Below are positions 8,085 through 17,287 of a stretch of 27,742 nucleotides of DNA, piece by piece. Each line of letters starts with the position of its first letter. Position 1 is the first letter of the stretch. A model generated the notes under the pieces. It saw only the letters and a list, made by a program, of their open reading frames with translations, ran no database searches and had not been told where the DNA came from. This stretch comes from a virus. The DNA lies in UHGV virus genome UHGV-0038079. The stretch is one strand, 5' to 3'. The position numbers were made by a program, and so were the translations under genes.

Positions 8085-9478
8085 TCACGGACCTCACTGA
8101 CATCCCTGCGTCCGATATCTGTTTTTATACCAATAGCAGCCAGCGTGTCGCCGATAATTCGCTTCGTATACCTCAGTGAAGATTTTGCGCTATCGGCAAT
8201 ATTTTCTCTGTCACTAACAATATAACCCGCGTAAAGCGCCCACAATTTAAGCCAGGGTGGGACCGGCAAACCAGATATTTTCCCGAAAGCCCCCAGAACC
8301 TTGGATACCCAGACACCCGCGATGAATGTACCGAGGATTTCCAATGATTTTTGCCAGCCGCCAACACCATCTTTTAGTTCCAGAAGGTGATCACGAAGCC
8401 AGGTGATCGCATCCTTCGCTTTATCTATTGCCGGTTGCCATTTTTCCCAGTCGATAAGGCTGTTACCGCCTTCTTTCCATGTTTTGTAGTCTTCCCACAA
8501 GAGACCGAGAGCCACGATCAGACCAGTAATCAGCCCTATAGGTGACATCCAGAAAGTAGAGTTAAGTATCCGCATGGCGACAACCAGACCGCCGATAACC
8601 TCTATCAGGGTTTTCGTTTCGGCATCCAGTTTCCCCCACCACTCGATGATATCTCCGACACCATCGACTATCCGAAATGCAACCCGCCCGACTATCTCAC
8701 CCAGCCAGAGGATCCCCTTTATGACCTTTGTGATGGTGACTTCAATTTTGGGAAAATTTTCAATTATCTTTTTGCGCAGGTTATCAATCTGCCCCGCCAG
8801 TCCGTCCGCAAGATTCGATCCGATTTTGTCCCGCGCCATCCCGGCCATTTCACCGAGCGATTTCAGCGAGGTCATAAACCGGTTTGACGATAAGGCAGCC
8901 TGATCGGCATTAAATCCGATCGCTTTCACCATTTCTGAATACTGAGCGCTGAACTGCCCCACTCCGCGACGCATAGCCATCAGGGTATTTTCGTCAATGC
9001 CCAGCATCTGCGCATACTGGTTAGCCCGGTAATACGGCATGCCGCTGAGTTTCTGTCCAACGCCCGTAAAGATAGCGGCCATGTCACGCATGTTACCGCT
9101 GGCATCACGGGTCTGTACGCCCAGGCGATTCAGAAAGCCTTCTGCTCCGGGATTGTTACGAATAAACCGGGAGAGGTTTTCCAGAGAAGATCGCGCAGCG
9201 TCCACGCTGCCGCCAACCTGCGAAACCGCATAGCCAATAGACTGAATTCCCTGGACTGTCGCGCCGGTGCGCTGTGACGCCCAGTAAAGATTATCCAGGC
9301 CGGAGGCGATCTTAGCCGTGAAGGCCACCACGGACAGCGCAGCTCCTTCAACAGCCAGCCCCATTTTGATGACATTTGCAGTTGTACCGGCGAGGACAGA
9401 ACCGAATTTTTTCGCTCCTGCATCATCCACACTGAAGCCAAGCGAGACGAGGAAATCTTTAATAGTCTCGGCGTTCAT
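8012..9478 (-). CDS. Tail tape measure protein, about 488 aa
   Basis: Long protein with a hydrophobic central segment downstream of the tail chaperone; start moved to ATG 9478 (MNAETIKDF, SD GAGAGAGGA) instead of the track start 9499. Confidence 0.65.
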   Translation of the reverse strand: MNAETIKDFLVSLGFSVDDAGAKKFGSVLAGTTANVIKMGLAVEGAALSVVAFTAKIASGLDNLYWASQRTGATVQGIQSIGYAVSQVGGSVDAARSSLENLSRFIRNNPGAEGFLNRLGVQTRDASGNMRDMAAIFTGVGQKLSGMPYYRANQYAQMLGIDENTLMAMRRGVGQFSAQYSEMVKAIGFNADQAALSSNRFMTSLKSLGEMAGMARDKIGSNLADGLAGQIDNLRKKIIENFPKIEVTITKVIKGILWLGEIVGRVAFRIVDGVGDIIEWWGKLDAETKTLIEVIGGLVVAMRILNSTFWMSPIGLITGLIVALGLLWEDYKTWKEGGNSLIDWEKWQPAIDKAKDAITWLRDHLLELKDGVGGWQKSLEILGTFIAGVWVSKVLGAFGKISGLPVPPWLKLWALYAGYIVSDRENIADSAKSSLRYTKRIIGDTLAAIGIKTDIGRRDVSEVREWPAWMDWLHGDPVKLSGRDRVTV

Positions 9479-9713
9479 TATCCTCTCTCCATTTCTCAAT
9501 GCGCCGCTGGTTATCCGCTTTTACCGCCAGATGGTCATTCAAGAGAGCAATATCGTACAAATCGACAGAGCCATCTTTAAGTGCTGTATAAGGAATTAAC
9601 CCGGCATCAACCGGGTCAAGGAGATAAGACAGCCCGTCAGGCAGGCTGTTGAGGGTTAGCCCTGAAGCTGGTCCGGCGTCGCGCTGGTAGGGATCACGGG
9701 CAAAAAATTTCCC
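9459..9713 (-). other. Predicted -1 programmed frameshift site and C-terminal extension of the tail assembly chaperone (G/GT-like)
   Basis: Minus-strand run G GGA AAT TTT TTG (plus 9701..9713) near the 3' end of the chaperone ORF; the -1 frame stays open for about 80 codons across the chaperone-TMP spacer and stops at 9461..9459, just inside the TMP start. Confidence 0.55.
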
Positions 9714-10108
9714 AGCGAATCGGCGACCACCCGCGCCACCAGCTGCAGCATGACCAGCAGGTCAATATCATCAAACATCAGTTCGCCCTGGGTAAATACC
9801 GGCACCCATCCGTCCATATGACGCCGCAATACCACCGCAAGACAGGGATGAATAATCGCGTTGGTGTCTTCTTCGGTCAGGGAAGACAGTTCCTCAGCGA
9901 TACGCGGGAGCATGGTTTCAAACACCGGTTTTAACTGCTCGAATTTCACGGTGTCGATTTTGCCGTCAGCAGGCAAACGGGAGCGAATGCTCCCGAAATC
10001 TGACATCATTCCCGCCAGTACCGGCAGAAGTTTGAGGGTCACTTTCAGTTGGTCAAAAACGCTGAGTTTTGCCACGCGATATTTCACGCCTTTGATTTCG
10101 AATTCCAT
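9656..10108 (-). CDS. Tail assembly chaperone, 150 aa
   Basis: ORF between tail tube and tape measure; acidic; carries the slippery site near its 3' end. Confidence 0.6.
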   Translation of the reverse strand: MEFEIKGVKYRVAKLSVFDQLKVTLKLLPVLAGMMSDFGSIRSRLPADGKIDTVKFEQLKPVFETMLPRIAEELSSLTEEDTNAIIHPCLAVVLRRHMDGWVPVFTQGELMFDDIDLLVMLQLVARVVADSLGNFLPVIPTSATPDQLQG

Positions 10109-10111
10109 GTA

Positions 10112-10552
10112 TTAAAACTCCCCGAGAACCTGGTCAATCTTGCCGCAGTCAAACACCCACGGCATCGTATTACCGGTTTTAGCGTTGGCGTTATCCGGTT
10201 GTTTCTGGAACGCAACACTGCGTGCCGTGATGATGTCGCCGCTGACCTTGTTGCGGATCACGATAACGTTATTCCCCCATGTTGCAGAAGACTGGCTCTG
10301 TGCGTTATACGCCAGCGACAATTTTTTATTTGTCGGTGATGTCTTCAGAAGGTTAACGGTAATCGTCCCGCTTTTATCTGCATGGAGGCTGTGCATCACT
10401 TCGCCATCAGCACCGATGGTCATGGTGTTTTTAGGACCGCCCATCGCAACCACAATCCCCTCCTCAGAACTTGCCGAACCGTACCCGAGGTCAATCGAAC
10501 CGGTCGGCCCGGTCAGCGTCGCAGTGACATCCATAAAAGAATAGGTAGACAT
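10112..10552 (-). CDS. Tail tube protein, 146 aa
   Basis: Small protein immediately downstream of the sheath gene; conserved sheath-tube order. Confidence 0.6.
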   Translation of the reverse strand: MSTYSFMDVTATLTGPTGSIDLGYGSASSEEGIVVAMGGPKNTMTIGADGEVMHSLHADKSGTITVNLLKTSPTNKKLSLAYNAQSQSSATWGNNVIVIRNKVSGDIITARSVAFQKQPDNANAKTGNTMPWVFDCGKIDQVLGEF

Positions 10553-10562
10553 TCACTTCCCC

Positions 10563-11708
10563 TTAGCGAACAACGTTAATCTGTACGTCAGCGTAATGAA
10601 CCGCGCCTGCAAGTTTTATTGCAGCCTGAATCACCGGAGCCTTACGGGCTTCACGTTCTGATTGTGCCTGTTCATCCAGCGGCTGGGCGTATACGTAATA
10701 ACCTTTGGGCAGCGTGTCACCTGATGACAACTGACCAAGGTCGCCCCCGTTCCATACGCCCGGAGCAATCAGTCCATTCTGAACGGCCTGATCCAGTGAT
10801 TTTTCAACATTTGATAACAGTCGGGTAATACCGGCTTCAGTCTGGGGAACTTTCGTGGTGCTGGTATAAAGCAGGTTATAAAGGTTGGTCTGCACATAAT
10901 TCTGTAACCAGTCCAGGCCGTGGCGTTCATCAAAGAAATCGCCGTTAGCCATCACTCCCTGCTGGAGGATAGCTGTATCATTCTGGTAGTACACGAACAC
11001 ATTGCAGTTTTTTGCATCAAGTGCCGATGCCTGGCTGACTGTCAGTGTTTCATACCCGACACCCGGCTCCTGCTTAAACTTGAGCGTAATCGCGGTATTA
11101 CTGCCATTGAAATTAACCGTGAATGCCCGGCCAAATGCAGATAACGCAGCGTATTTATTACCCGATGAATACTGAATAAAACTGCGTGAATATCCGGCGG
11201 TTTTCAGTTTTGATGCCAAATCATCGCTGGATTCAGTCTGCAGGCATTTTTCATCGCTTGTCGTAATCGCCAGAATACGGCTTACAGAAGAGGATTCGAT
11301 CGCCGCAGCCACTTTCAACCAGTCTGCATCCGGAATATCTGCATCGTCTGCAATCCCCAGCCCATACCATGAAGTATAATCAAGCATGGCATTCACAGCC
11401 TGCTCCAGCGTCTCAGGCGTGGCCTGTTCGCTGTCTCCCTTCGTTTTCACCCAACGACCAACAAAAACCTCCTGAGGTTTCGGTGATTGAGAGAAAAACA
11501 CCTGCGCAGCCTTATATTCTGGTGATTCCAAGCCAAAATCTTTTCCAATATCTTCCGCGGCAGAATAACGGCGAATGCGCTCACTTACCGGAATAATTGT
11601 GGACGGGCCGAGAATGAGTAATGCACCAAAATTTCGCCCTGATGCTGCACGCGGCGACATGATCACATCAACATTAACAACGTTTGATACAGGCAAGCCC
11701 TGTGCCAT
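10563..11708 (-). CDS. Contractile tail sheath protein, 381 aa
   Basis: Size and position upstream of tube/chaperone/TMP. Confidence 0.65.
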   Translation of the reverse strand: MAQGLPVSNVVNVDVIMSPRAASGRNFGALLILGPSTIIPVSERIRRYSAAEDIGKDFGLESPEYKAAQVFFSQSPKPQEVFVGRWVKTKGDSEQATPETLEQAVNAMLDYTSWYGLGIADDADIPDADWLKVAAAIESSSVSRILAITTSDEKCLQTESSDDLASKLKTAGYSRSFIQYSSGNKYAALSAFGRAFTVNFNGSNTAITLKFKQEPGVGYETLTVSQASALDAKNCNVFVYYQNDTAILQQGVMANGDFFDERHGLDWLQNYVQTNLYNLLYTSTTKVPQTEAGITRLLSNVEKSLDQAVQNGLIAPGVWNGGDLGQLSSGDTLPKGYYVYAQPLDEQAQSEREARKAPVIQAAIKLAGAVHYADVQINVVR

Positions 11709-11711
11709 AGC

Positions 11712-12278
11712 TTAATCTCCGAAAAAGATGACTGGTGCTTCCACCAGCGATTTAATACCGTACTCGCGCACAACCTTCCGGCGCAGACGCACCGTCATAT
11801 CGTAGCGGCGGACCCATTGCTGATTAATAAGTTCAGGGAAGGGAGTCAGACCTGTGTAATCGCCAAGAGACAGCCCCAGCGCATTCAGTGCTGCATTGTT
11901 CTGCGGTACAGATATACCGTCACGAAACCGGGACGCATACACCATCCCCGCCGGACCATAAAACGAAGCCATACACTCAATCGTTTCATGCCGCCAGAGC
12001 TGAGAGCCATCATCGGTCTGTCTGGTGAATGCCGGACTGTCATCACCTGACCATCCGATAACCCCAAACGCACACCAGTTCGTTTCAACCGGTAGCAGTG
12101 GCGGCTGCTCTTTCTGCCAGCGCGGGCGAACCATCCCGGCAGACAGACCGGAAACGTTACGCATCCACTGGCTTAACAGCCTGTCGAGCGCTTCGTCATA
12201 ATCCGGATCGCCACTGGTTGGTATTAACCATCCGCGCTCTGTACTGGTGTTATTGCTCAACCGGAGTTCCCCCATCAA
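11712..12278 (-). CDS. Neck / tail-completion protein, 188 aa
   Basis: ORF track; lies between head-completion genes and the sheath. Confidence 0.4.
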   Translation of the reverse strand: MMGELRLSNNTSTERGWLIPTSGDPDYDEALDRLLSQWMRNVSGLSAGMVRPRWQKEQPPLLPVETNWCAFGVIGWSGDDSPAFTRQTDDGSQLWRHETIECMASFYGPAGMVYASRFRDGISVPQNNAALNALGLSLGDYTGLTPFPELINQQWVRRYDMTVRLRRKVVREYGIKSLVEAPVIFFGD

Positions 12279-12639
12279 ACGGCATCAACTCACAATGCGC
12301 CTGAACGAATCCGGCCCCATAAGCTGTATACGGGTCGACGAAGGTCACACGATAATCACGGCCCTGATACGTCACGATATCGGCATCACGGCCAGTCTGT
12401 CCCTGCGTCAGTCGCTCAGTCGTCACAATCAGAATTGCACCGCTGATTACCTGCCCTGCCTGCATACGGCGGTTTTCCAGAGAGCGATCAACAGTTACGA
12501 CTCCGGCAAACTGCTTTTTAACTTCACTGTCTCTGCCGATCCCGTCCTCATCCACCGTTTGCACTCGGCGTGTTACCCACAAATTGAAGTCGCAAAAATC
12601 GGGGTCAAAAAGCACATCTGTTACATCAAGAGTCGGCAT
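12250..12639 (-). CDS. Head-tail joining protein, 129 aa
   Basis: ORF track; overlapping neighbours. Confidence 0.4.
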   Translation of the reverse strand: MPTLDVTDVLFDPDFCDFNLWVTRRVQTVDEDGIGRDSEVKKQFAGVVTVDRSLENRRMQAGQVISGAILIVTTERLTQGQTGRDADIVTYQGRDYRVTFVDPYTAYGAGFVQAHCELMPFDGGTPVEQ

Positions 12640-13180
12640 CTTTATCCCTCACAACATGGGTAATAGCTCTGCGATATTGCCCGGTATCAATTAATGGTTT
12701 CGCCAGATCGGTTCCCGGAGATTCGCCAGCAGAACGCCGGGCAAGTTCCGCTTTTGCCCCTTTGCGCCCACGGCGTGCACGTGCTTCAACGGTGCTATCA
12801 GCAAGCGGTGTAAAGCCGGTAATGGTCATGTAACGCCTGACGCCATTCGCGGCCAGCGTTCCGGCGCGGTTGAGTGCTCTTTCCGCCCCCGCCGCATTTC
12901 CATCAAGCGCAGCCTGCGCCGCTGTTTTGAGCTGCGGCAACGTCTGTTCTTCTACCGATTTAACGCCGGGGACCAGGTGAGGTCGTGGCGGGATGTTTTG
13001 CGCCGGTGAGCCGTATTCGTTGAGGTAACCGATCCCGGCATTACCAAACGGAACATCCTCACGCTCGCTGTCTGCTTCCGGGATACCCACCAGCACTTCT
13101 TTTTTACTGATGGATTTGAGCGCATCCAGAATGGCCTGAGCGTTATCCACCCTCGTTGTTACACCGCTTTTGAAGCTCAT
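12626..13180 (-). CDS. Head-tail connector/adaptor protein, 184 aa
   Basis: ORF track; position downstream of the capsid gene. Confidence 0.4.
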   Translation of the reverse strand: MSFKSGVTTRVDNAQAILDALKSISKKEVLVGIPEADSEREDVPFGNAGIGYLNEYGSPAQNIPPRPHLVPGVKSVEEQTLPQLKTAAQAALDGNAAGAERALNRAGTLAANGVRRYMTITGFTPLADSTVEARARRGRKGAKAELARRSAGESPGTDLAKPLIDTGQYRRAITHVVRDKDADS

Positions 13181-13584
13181 AGCTGGCGACCGCCTGCGCC
13201 AAACATCGTGATCAACTGATAAAATTCAGCGCCATATCGGGTGTTATTCCAGAAGCCTGCGTCAGGGTTTAGCGTCGCGCTGGTGTCATAGCTGACGCTT
13301 ACCTTATCCACGGACTTTGAGGACTGAACACCATTGGTTGAACCGCCCGGCCCGCCAGCCAGCATCGCCCGGCTGTCTGCCGCCCAGAGCGTCATGTAGT
13401 GTGCAACGAACAACTCGGCAAAGTACGGAAACAACTTTTTTCCGGTGACGTTTTCGCTCAGCAGCACATCGGCCAGGTTCAGACGAAACTGGATTTGCGC
13501 TTCGGGATATTTGGCAGGGTCAGCAAACTGCGGGAAGTCGCGGCGAAAATCACTTACCGCTGGCAGACTTTGATTCTTTGGCAT
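13177..13584 (-). CDS. Head completion protein, 135 aa
   Basis: ORF track; overlapping neighbours. Confidence 0.4.
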   Translation of the reverse strand: MPKNQSLPAVSDFRRDFPQFADPAKYPEAQIQFRLNLADVLLSENVTGKKLFPYFAELFVAHYMTLWAADSRAMLAGGPGGSTNGVQSSKSVDKVSVSYDTSATLNPDAGFWNNTRYGAEFYQLITMFGAGGRQL

Positions 13585-13771
13585 TTTTTACCTCGTTACG
13601 CGCGTCTGTGGCTTTGCCAACGGATACTTCAGCGTGCGCACGAGTGAACCAGTGCGTGGCAACGTCTTCCTCCACAGCATGACGGCCTTTAACAAACTCG
13701 CGCCGAGAACCGTCGGGAAGCGTGAGCACAAACGGGGTATGTACGTGTATTACTGCATCATTTTTTGCCAT
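13550..13771 (-). CDS. Small lysine-rich protein downstream of major capsid gene, 73 aa
   Basis: ORF track; SD AAGGA upstream of ATG 13771. Confidence 0.35.
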   Translation of the reverse strand: MAKNDAVIHVHTPFVLTLPDGSRREFVKGRHAVEEDVATHWFTRAHAEVSVGKATDARNEVKNAKESKSASGK

Positions 13772-13815
13772 CGGGTCATCCTTAATGGCCCCGCCAGGGG
13801 GGGGCCATGTGGCTG

Positions 13816-14757
13816 TTAAATGCCATCAACGTACGAAATGGTTTCTTTGTACACTGGCTCGACTGCACCCAGCTTGCCGTAGTAAGTGACGATCTGATAC
13901 AGACCGCGATACTGCACCGGCACGCTCTGAAGCGGAACCAGCGGGTAGCGGACGTATTTTTTATCGTTGGTGTACGCAACCATGCGATCCTTATTCCCCA
14001 CACCACGGCCTTTCAGCCATTTAACCGCGCGGATATTCAGCGGAACACCGTTCTGGTGATAGCTGATGGTGTTGGTCTGAAGGTACGTCAACAGGGACTG
14101 GTTACCCGCAGATGAAACGATGATGCTGGACAACAGAGCAAACTGCTCAGGCGGGATCAGCAAATCACGCGGAACCACAGAGTAACCGGAAGCGGCCCAC
14201 GCATCAGACAGCACCTGGTTAATGCTTGCGCGGATTTCGTCCGGTGTTGAGGTTGCCCACGTTTTGGCAGCGTTGTTGACAGGAACACCGTTCAGGGTAA
14301 CAAGGCCTTTCAGGTTTAATGCTGAATCGCCAACATATACCTGTTCATCGTTATCCATCTGCCATTTCAGTTGCATCCCGTCATACTTCTGCGTATCGAT
14401 CGGGCGTCCGACCTGCTGAGCAGCCTGCAATTCTATGACCGTCCAGCCAAGTTCCATCCCCCACAGGTTCAGCGGGTTACCGGATTTGCCGATATCCACG
14501 TTCACGCCAGCAATAGCGGTTGAGTCTTTGCCTACCCAGTTTTTGCCATTCGGATTTGCGCCAGTACCCGCAGCGGCGAAGCTGGTATTCGTCCAGCTGG
14601 AAATGTCATCTGCGATGGAGACATCTTCACGCAGTTGGATATCGCGGGTCCAGGTGTACCCCACCAGTGGCAGGTTCAGCGTCTGGTCGAGTCGTTCCAG
14701 CTCCCCGATGAGAAAGGCACCAGAGCTGTCAACGGTTGCCTGATCAAAAGTAATCAT
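13816..14757 (-). CDS. Major capsid protein, 313 aa
   Basis: Position after scaffold and decoration genes; followed by a strong GC hairpin at 13785..13808. Confidence 0.65.
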   Translation of the reverse strand: MITFDQATVDSSGAFLIGELERLDQTLNLPLVGYTWTRDIQLREDVSIADDISSWTNTSFAAAGTGANPNGKNWVGKDSTAIAGVNVDIGKSGNPLNLWGMELGWTVIELQAAQQVGRPIDTQKYDGMQLKWQMDNDEQVYVGDSALNLKGLVTLNGVPVNNAAKTWATSTPDEIRASINQVLSDAWAASGYSVVPRDLLIPPEQFALLSSIIVSSAGNQSLLTYLQTNTISYHQNGVPLNIRAVKWLKGRGVGNKDRMVAYTNDKKYVRYPLVPLQSVPVQYRGLYQIVTYYGKLGAVEPVYKETISYVDGI

Positions 14758-14768
14758 TCGTCTGTTCC

Positions 14769-15275
14769 TTAAATCTTCCAGGAAATTTCTGCATTGCCGT
14801 TAGCATCACCGGCACCTGTGAATTCAGCGTTGGTCAGCACCACGTTTTTGCCACTGACTGACGTGGCCATGAATCCACCCAGCGGCACTTTGATGGATTC
14901 ATCAGTGGAGACGACAACGTATACCGGGTCGCCTTTTTTGATGGTGCTGGCATCAAAATCAGAACCGAGATTAACGGTCACGTAGCCACGCTTCATTGCG
15001 TCGCCCGGGAAGTTCTTGCCACTCCCCACCTGGCGAACCATGTCCGGCTGCGAAGTGGTCGGATAAGGGCGCACATAGATCCCCTTCACCTTGTCTGCGG
15101 TATCACCATCTGCCAGCGGCACGAAAAAACCGTCATCATCGTATTTACCAGCCAGCCCATAGGCAGCGAAGGCGTTATCGGATTTAAGGACCACCGGTTC
15201 GACGGTTAAGTCCTGCGGGCGAGAGACAGCCCCGGCAATGCCAACAGGCATCCGGTACAGAAATACATTATTCAT
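14769..15275 (-). CDS. Head structural/decoration protein, 168 aa
   Basis: ORF track; between the scaffold-like and major capsid genes. Confidence 0.5.
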   Translation of the reverse strand: MNNVFLYRMPVGIAGAVSRPQDLTVEPVVLKSDNAFAAYGLAGKYDDDGFFVPLADGDTADKVKGIYVRPYPTTSQPDMVRQVGSGKNFPGDAMKRGYVTVNLGSDFDASTIKKGDPVYVVVSTDESIKVPLGGFMATSVSGKNVVLTNAEFTGAGDANGNAEISWKI

Positions 15276-15278
15276 TTT

Positions 15279-16499
15279 TTACCCTTTACGGTTTGCCCAG
15301 AATTCAGCGTTTTGTTTGTTCAGGGAAGCGATACTGGTCATGCCCATGTTTGGGCGCTGTGCATCGCCGGTGGTGGCGCGGGTGTTTCGCCCTTTGGCAA
15401 TCTCAGACACGGCATTAAACGCCATGTCGACCGATTGTTTCGGCAATTTGCGGATATCCGCATCACCGACTATCTGGCGAACCAGCGTTTTATCTGCGGA
15501 AGCCAGAACCTCGCGTTTGAACGCGGTCGGTTTCATCTTACGGCTCAGATCGATACCCGGAACGATAACTTCGGCACGCCAGGCTGAGTCACCAGTAATC
15601 GTGGTTTCCTCTTCATCGTCCTCGCCGTCACCGGTCGGATTATCGTCAGGCTTATTGTCGTTATCGCCCGTCGCATTTCCTTCCAGCTTAGCCAGCAGGG
15701 CTTTCAGTAATGTTTTGAGGTCATCATCACTGTCGCCGGTTGGACCTCCACCCATCTCTGGTGCTTTGTCCGGTAGTGGTTGCTGCGGGGACAGGTTGAT
15801 GTTGAGATTAACGCCCTGCGGCAAATCCCCCTCATCTCCTGTAACCGATGCGGGAGCCGACTCCACCAGTTCGTTCATGGTGTCGGCATCTCCTGTCTTG
15901 ATGGCTGCACGCATGCGGTTCCACCAGTTTTTCTTTTGATTTGCCATTGTGTCTCTGTCTCCAATTGCACAACGATTTCCGGCTCTGCCTTTGGGGACAA
16001 GAGCCACATGGTTTCCGGTAATATCGACCTGCTCGGCTTTACCTGGCTCGGCCTGCTCGTACTCCGCGTCATAGCCGCACGACACTTCACGCAGGCCATC
16101 TTCGATAAGCTGAATGGCGTTTTCGTCTTTGACGATAAGGTCAGCCAGCATCAAATCAGACTGCTCACCCGTCCCGCGCCGGACATTCTGGAGGTGCCCG
16201 ACAGCAAGCTCTTTCCAGTTCTCGGGATTTACCAGCCGCACATTCCCGTTTTCATCTTCAGGATGCAGGATCGTGATGCTCATCCCTTCGAATGAGGCGA
16301 GCGTGGCCGGATGGAATACCTGCTCAGGAGAACGCGTTACGACTATCTCACCGAGCTTGTCGGGTTTGAGGTTTGGCAGATCGGCAGAGCCGTAGAGCTG
16401 CTTACCCGTTCGACCTATCGGCACGTCTTTGCACAGCAGCGAGCCGTCAGCCAGCTGATAGCGGGTTTCCCCCAGCCTGGTATTGAAAAAATATTTCAT
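15279..16499 (-). CDS. Scaffold / prohead protease-like protein, 406 aa
   Basis: Acidic low-complexity C-terminal half (DSDDDLK, GDGEDDEEE) typical of scaffolds; position after the head-morphogenesis gene. Confidence 0.55.
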   Translation of the reverse strand: MKYFFNTRLGETRYQLADGSLLCKDVPIGRTGKQLYGSADLPNLKPDKLGEIVVTRSPEQVFHPATLASFEGMSITILHPEDENGNVRLVNPENWKELAVGHLQNVRRGTGEQSDLMLADLIVKDENAIQLIEDGLREVSCGYDAEYEQAEPGKAEQVDITGNHVALVPKGRAGNRCAIGDRDTMANQKKNWWNRMRAAIKTGDADTMNELVESAPASVTGDEGDLPQGVNLNINLSPQQPLPDKAPEMGGGPTGDSDDDLKTLLKALLAKLEGNATGDNDNKPDDNPTGDGEDDEEETTITGDSAWRAEVIVPGIDLSRKMKPTAFKREVLASADKTLVRQIVGDADIRKLPKQSVDMAFNAVSEIAKGRNTRATTGDAQRPNMGMTSIASLNKQNAEFWANRKG

Positions 16500-16513
16500 G
16501 GTTTACCTGCGAT

Positions 16514-17287
16514 TCAGGCGAGATAAGAATGAGGGTTGGGAAAAACGATTTCTTTATAACAGCGACAATTCGGGAGCTCGCCAGCGTGACCGGTCATGCC
16601 ATCAAGCGTTGGAGGTTTGCCCCATTCGACAAACTTACCTTCCATCTCCCGATGAGAATGCCGGACGTCGCCATCTTCGGCTGTACGCCAGATATAACCA
16701 TTCGAGCCGATTGACAGCGCACGCGCCTGATCCAGCGCGCCGGTTGCACGTCCAAGCTCGGTACGGGCGATAAGGTTCGCTCGTGAGCGTGACACGTCAC
16801 CGGACGCTGCTATCTCTTTCGCGAATGGTTCAGCGCGGCCACCAGACACAACGGCCTCGATGGCCTTGTTCTGAATGTCATACACCCGATCGGCGGCCTC
16901 AAGAGGCAGCGATTTGATGTACTTAATTTGCTCGGCGACGATGGATTTCATCACCTGGCCTACCGGAGCGCGGTCGACCATGTTGCGCAGCTCTGAGCTG
17001 ATATTCCGGCTGTGCTGACGCCACTGCTTTTCATTCTGGCGCGCTATGTCTGCGGTGAAGTTCTCAGCTACCTTTGTCGCCCAGGGGGTGATGATTTCAC
17101 TGTAGCGTTCCAGCGCCTCAATAATTTCCGTGATACTGTCATTTGAACCATCGTAGCGACCATTTACGATGTCCCCGACCGCCCGCGCTATCTGCCGTAG
17201 GCTCGTTCGATATCGGATCTCCGCCTGGCGGCTCTGGCGGTTTGTCGTCAAGTTCGCCGATGCCTGGCGGCGCTTCGTCTTCGGCAT
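16514..17287 (-). CDS. Head morphogenesis protein (Mu F / SPP1 gp7-like), about 257 aa
   Basis: Position after portal; start set to ATG 17287 (MPKTKRRQ, SD GAGGA) rather than track start 17332, which has no SD. Confidence 0.6.
   Translation of the reverse strand: MPKTKRRQASANLTTNRQSRQAEIRYRTSLRQIARAVGDIVNGRYDGSNDSITEIIEALERYSEIITPWATKVAENFTADIARQNEKQWRQHSRNISSELRNMVDRAPVGQVMKSIVAEQIKYIKSLPLEAADRVYDIQNKAIEAVVSGGRAEPFAKEIAASGDVSRSRANLIARTELGRATGALDQARALSIGSNGYIWRTAEDGDVRHSHREMEGKFVEWGKPPTLDGMTGHAGELPNCRCYKEIVFPNPHSYLA

Noticed and set aside
9478-9499. Upstream start for tape measure (MRNGERIMNAE...)
   Set aside because: No SD; the ATG at 9478 has SD GAGAGAGGA and yields MNAETIKDF
15238-15939. 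233-aa plus-strand ORF
   Set aside because: Lies antisense within the scaffold-like gene; Ser/Pro-rich low-complexity translation typical of a shadow ORF
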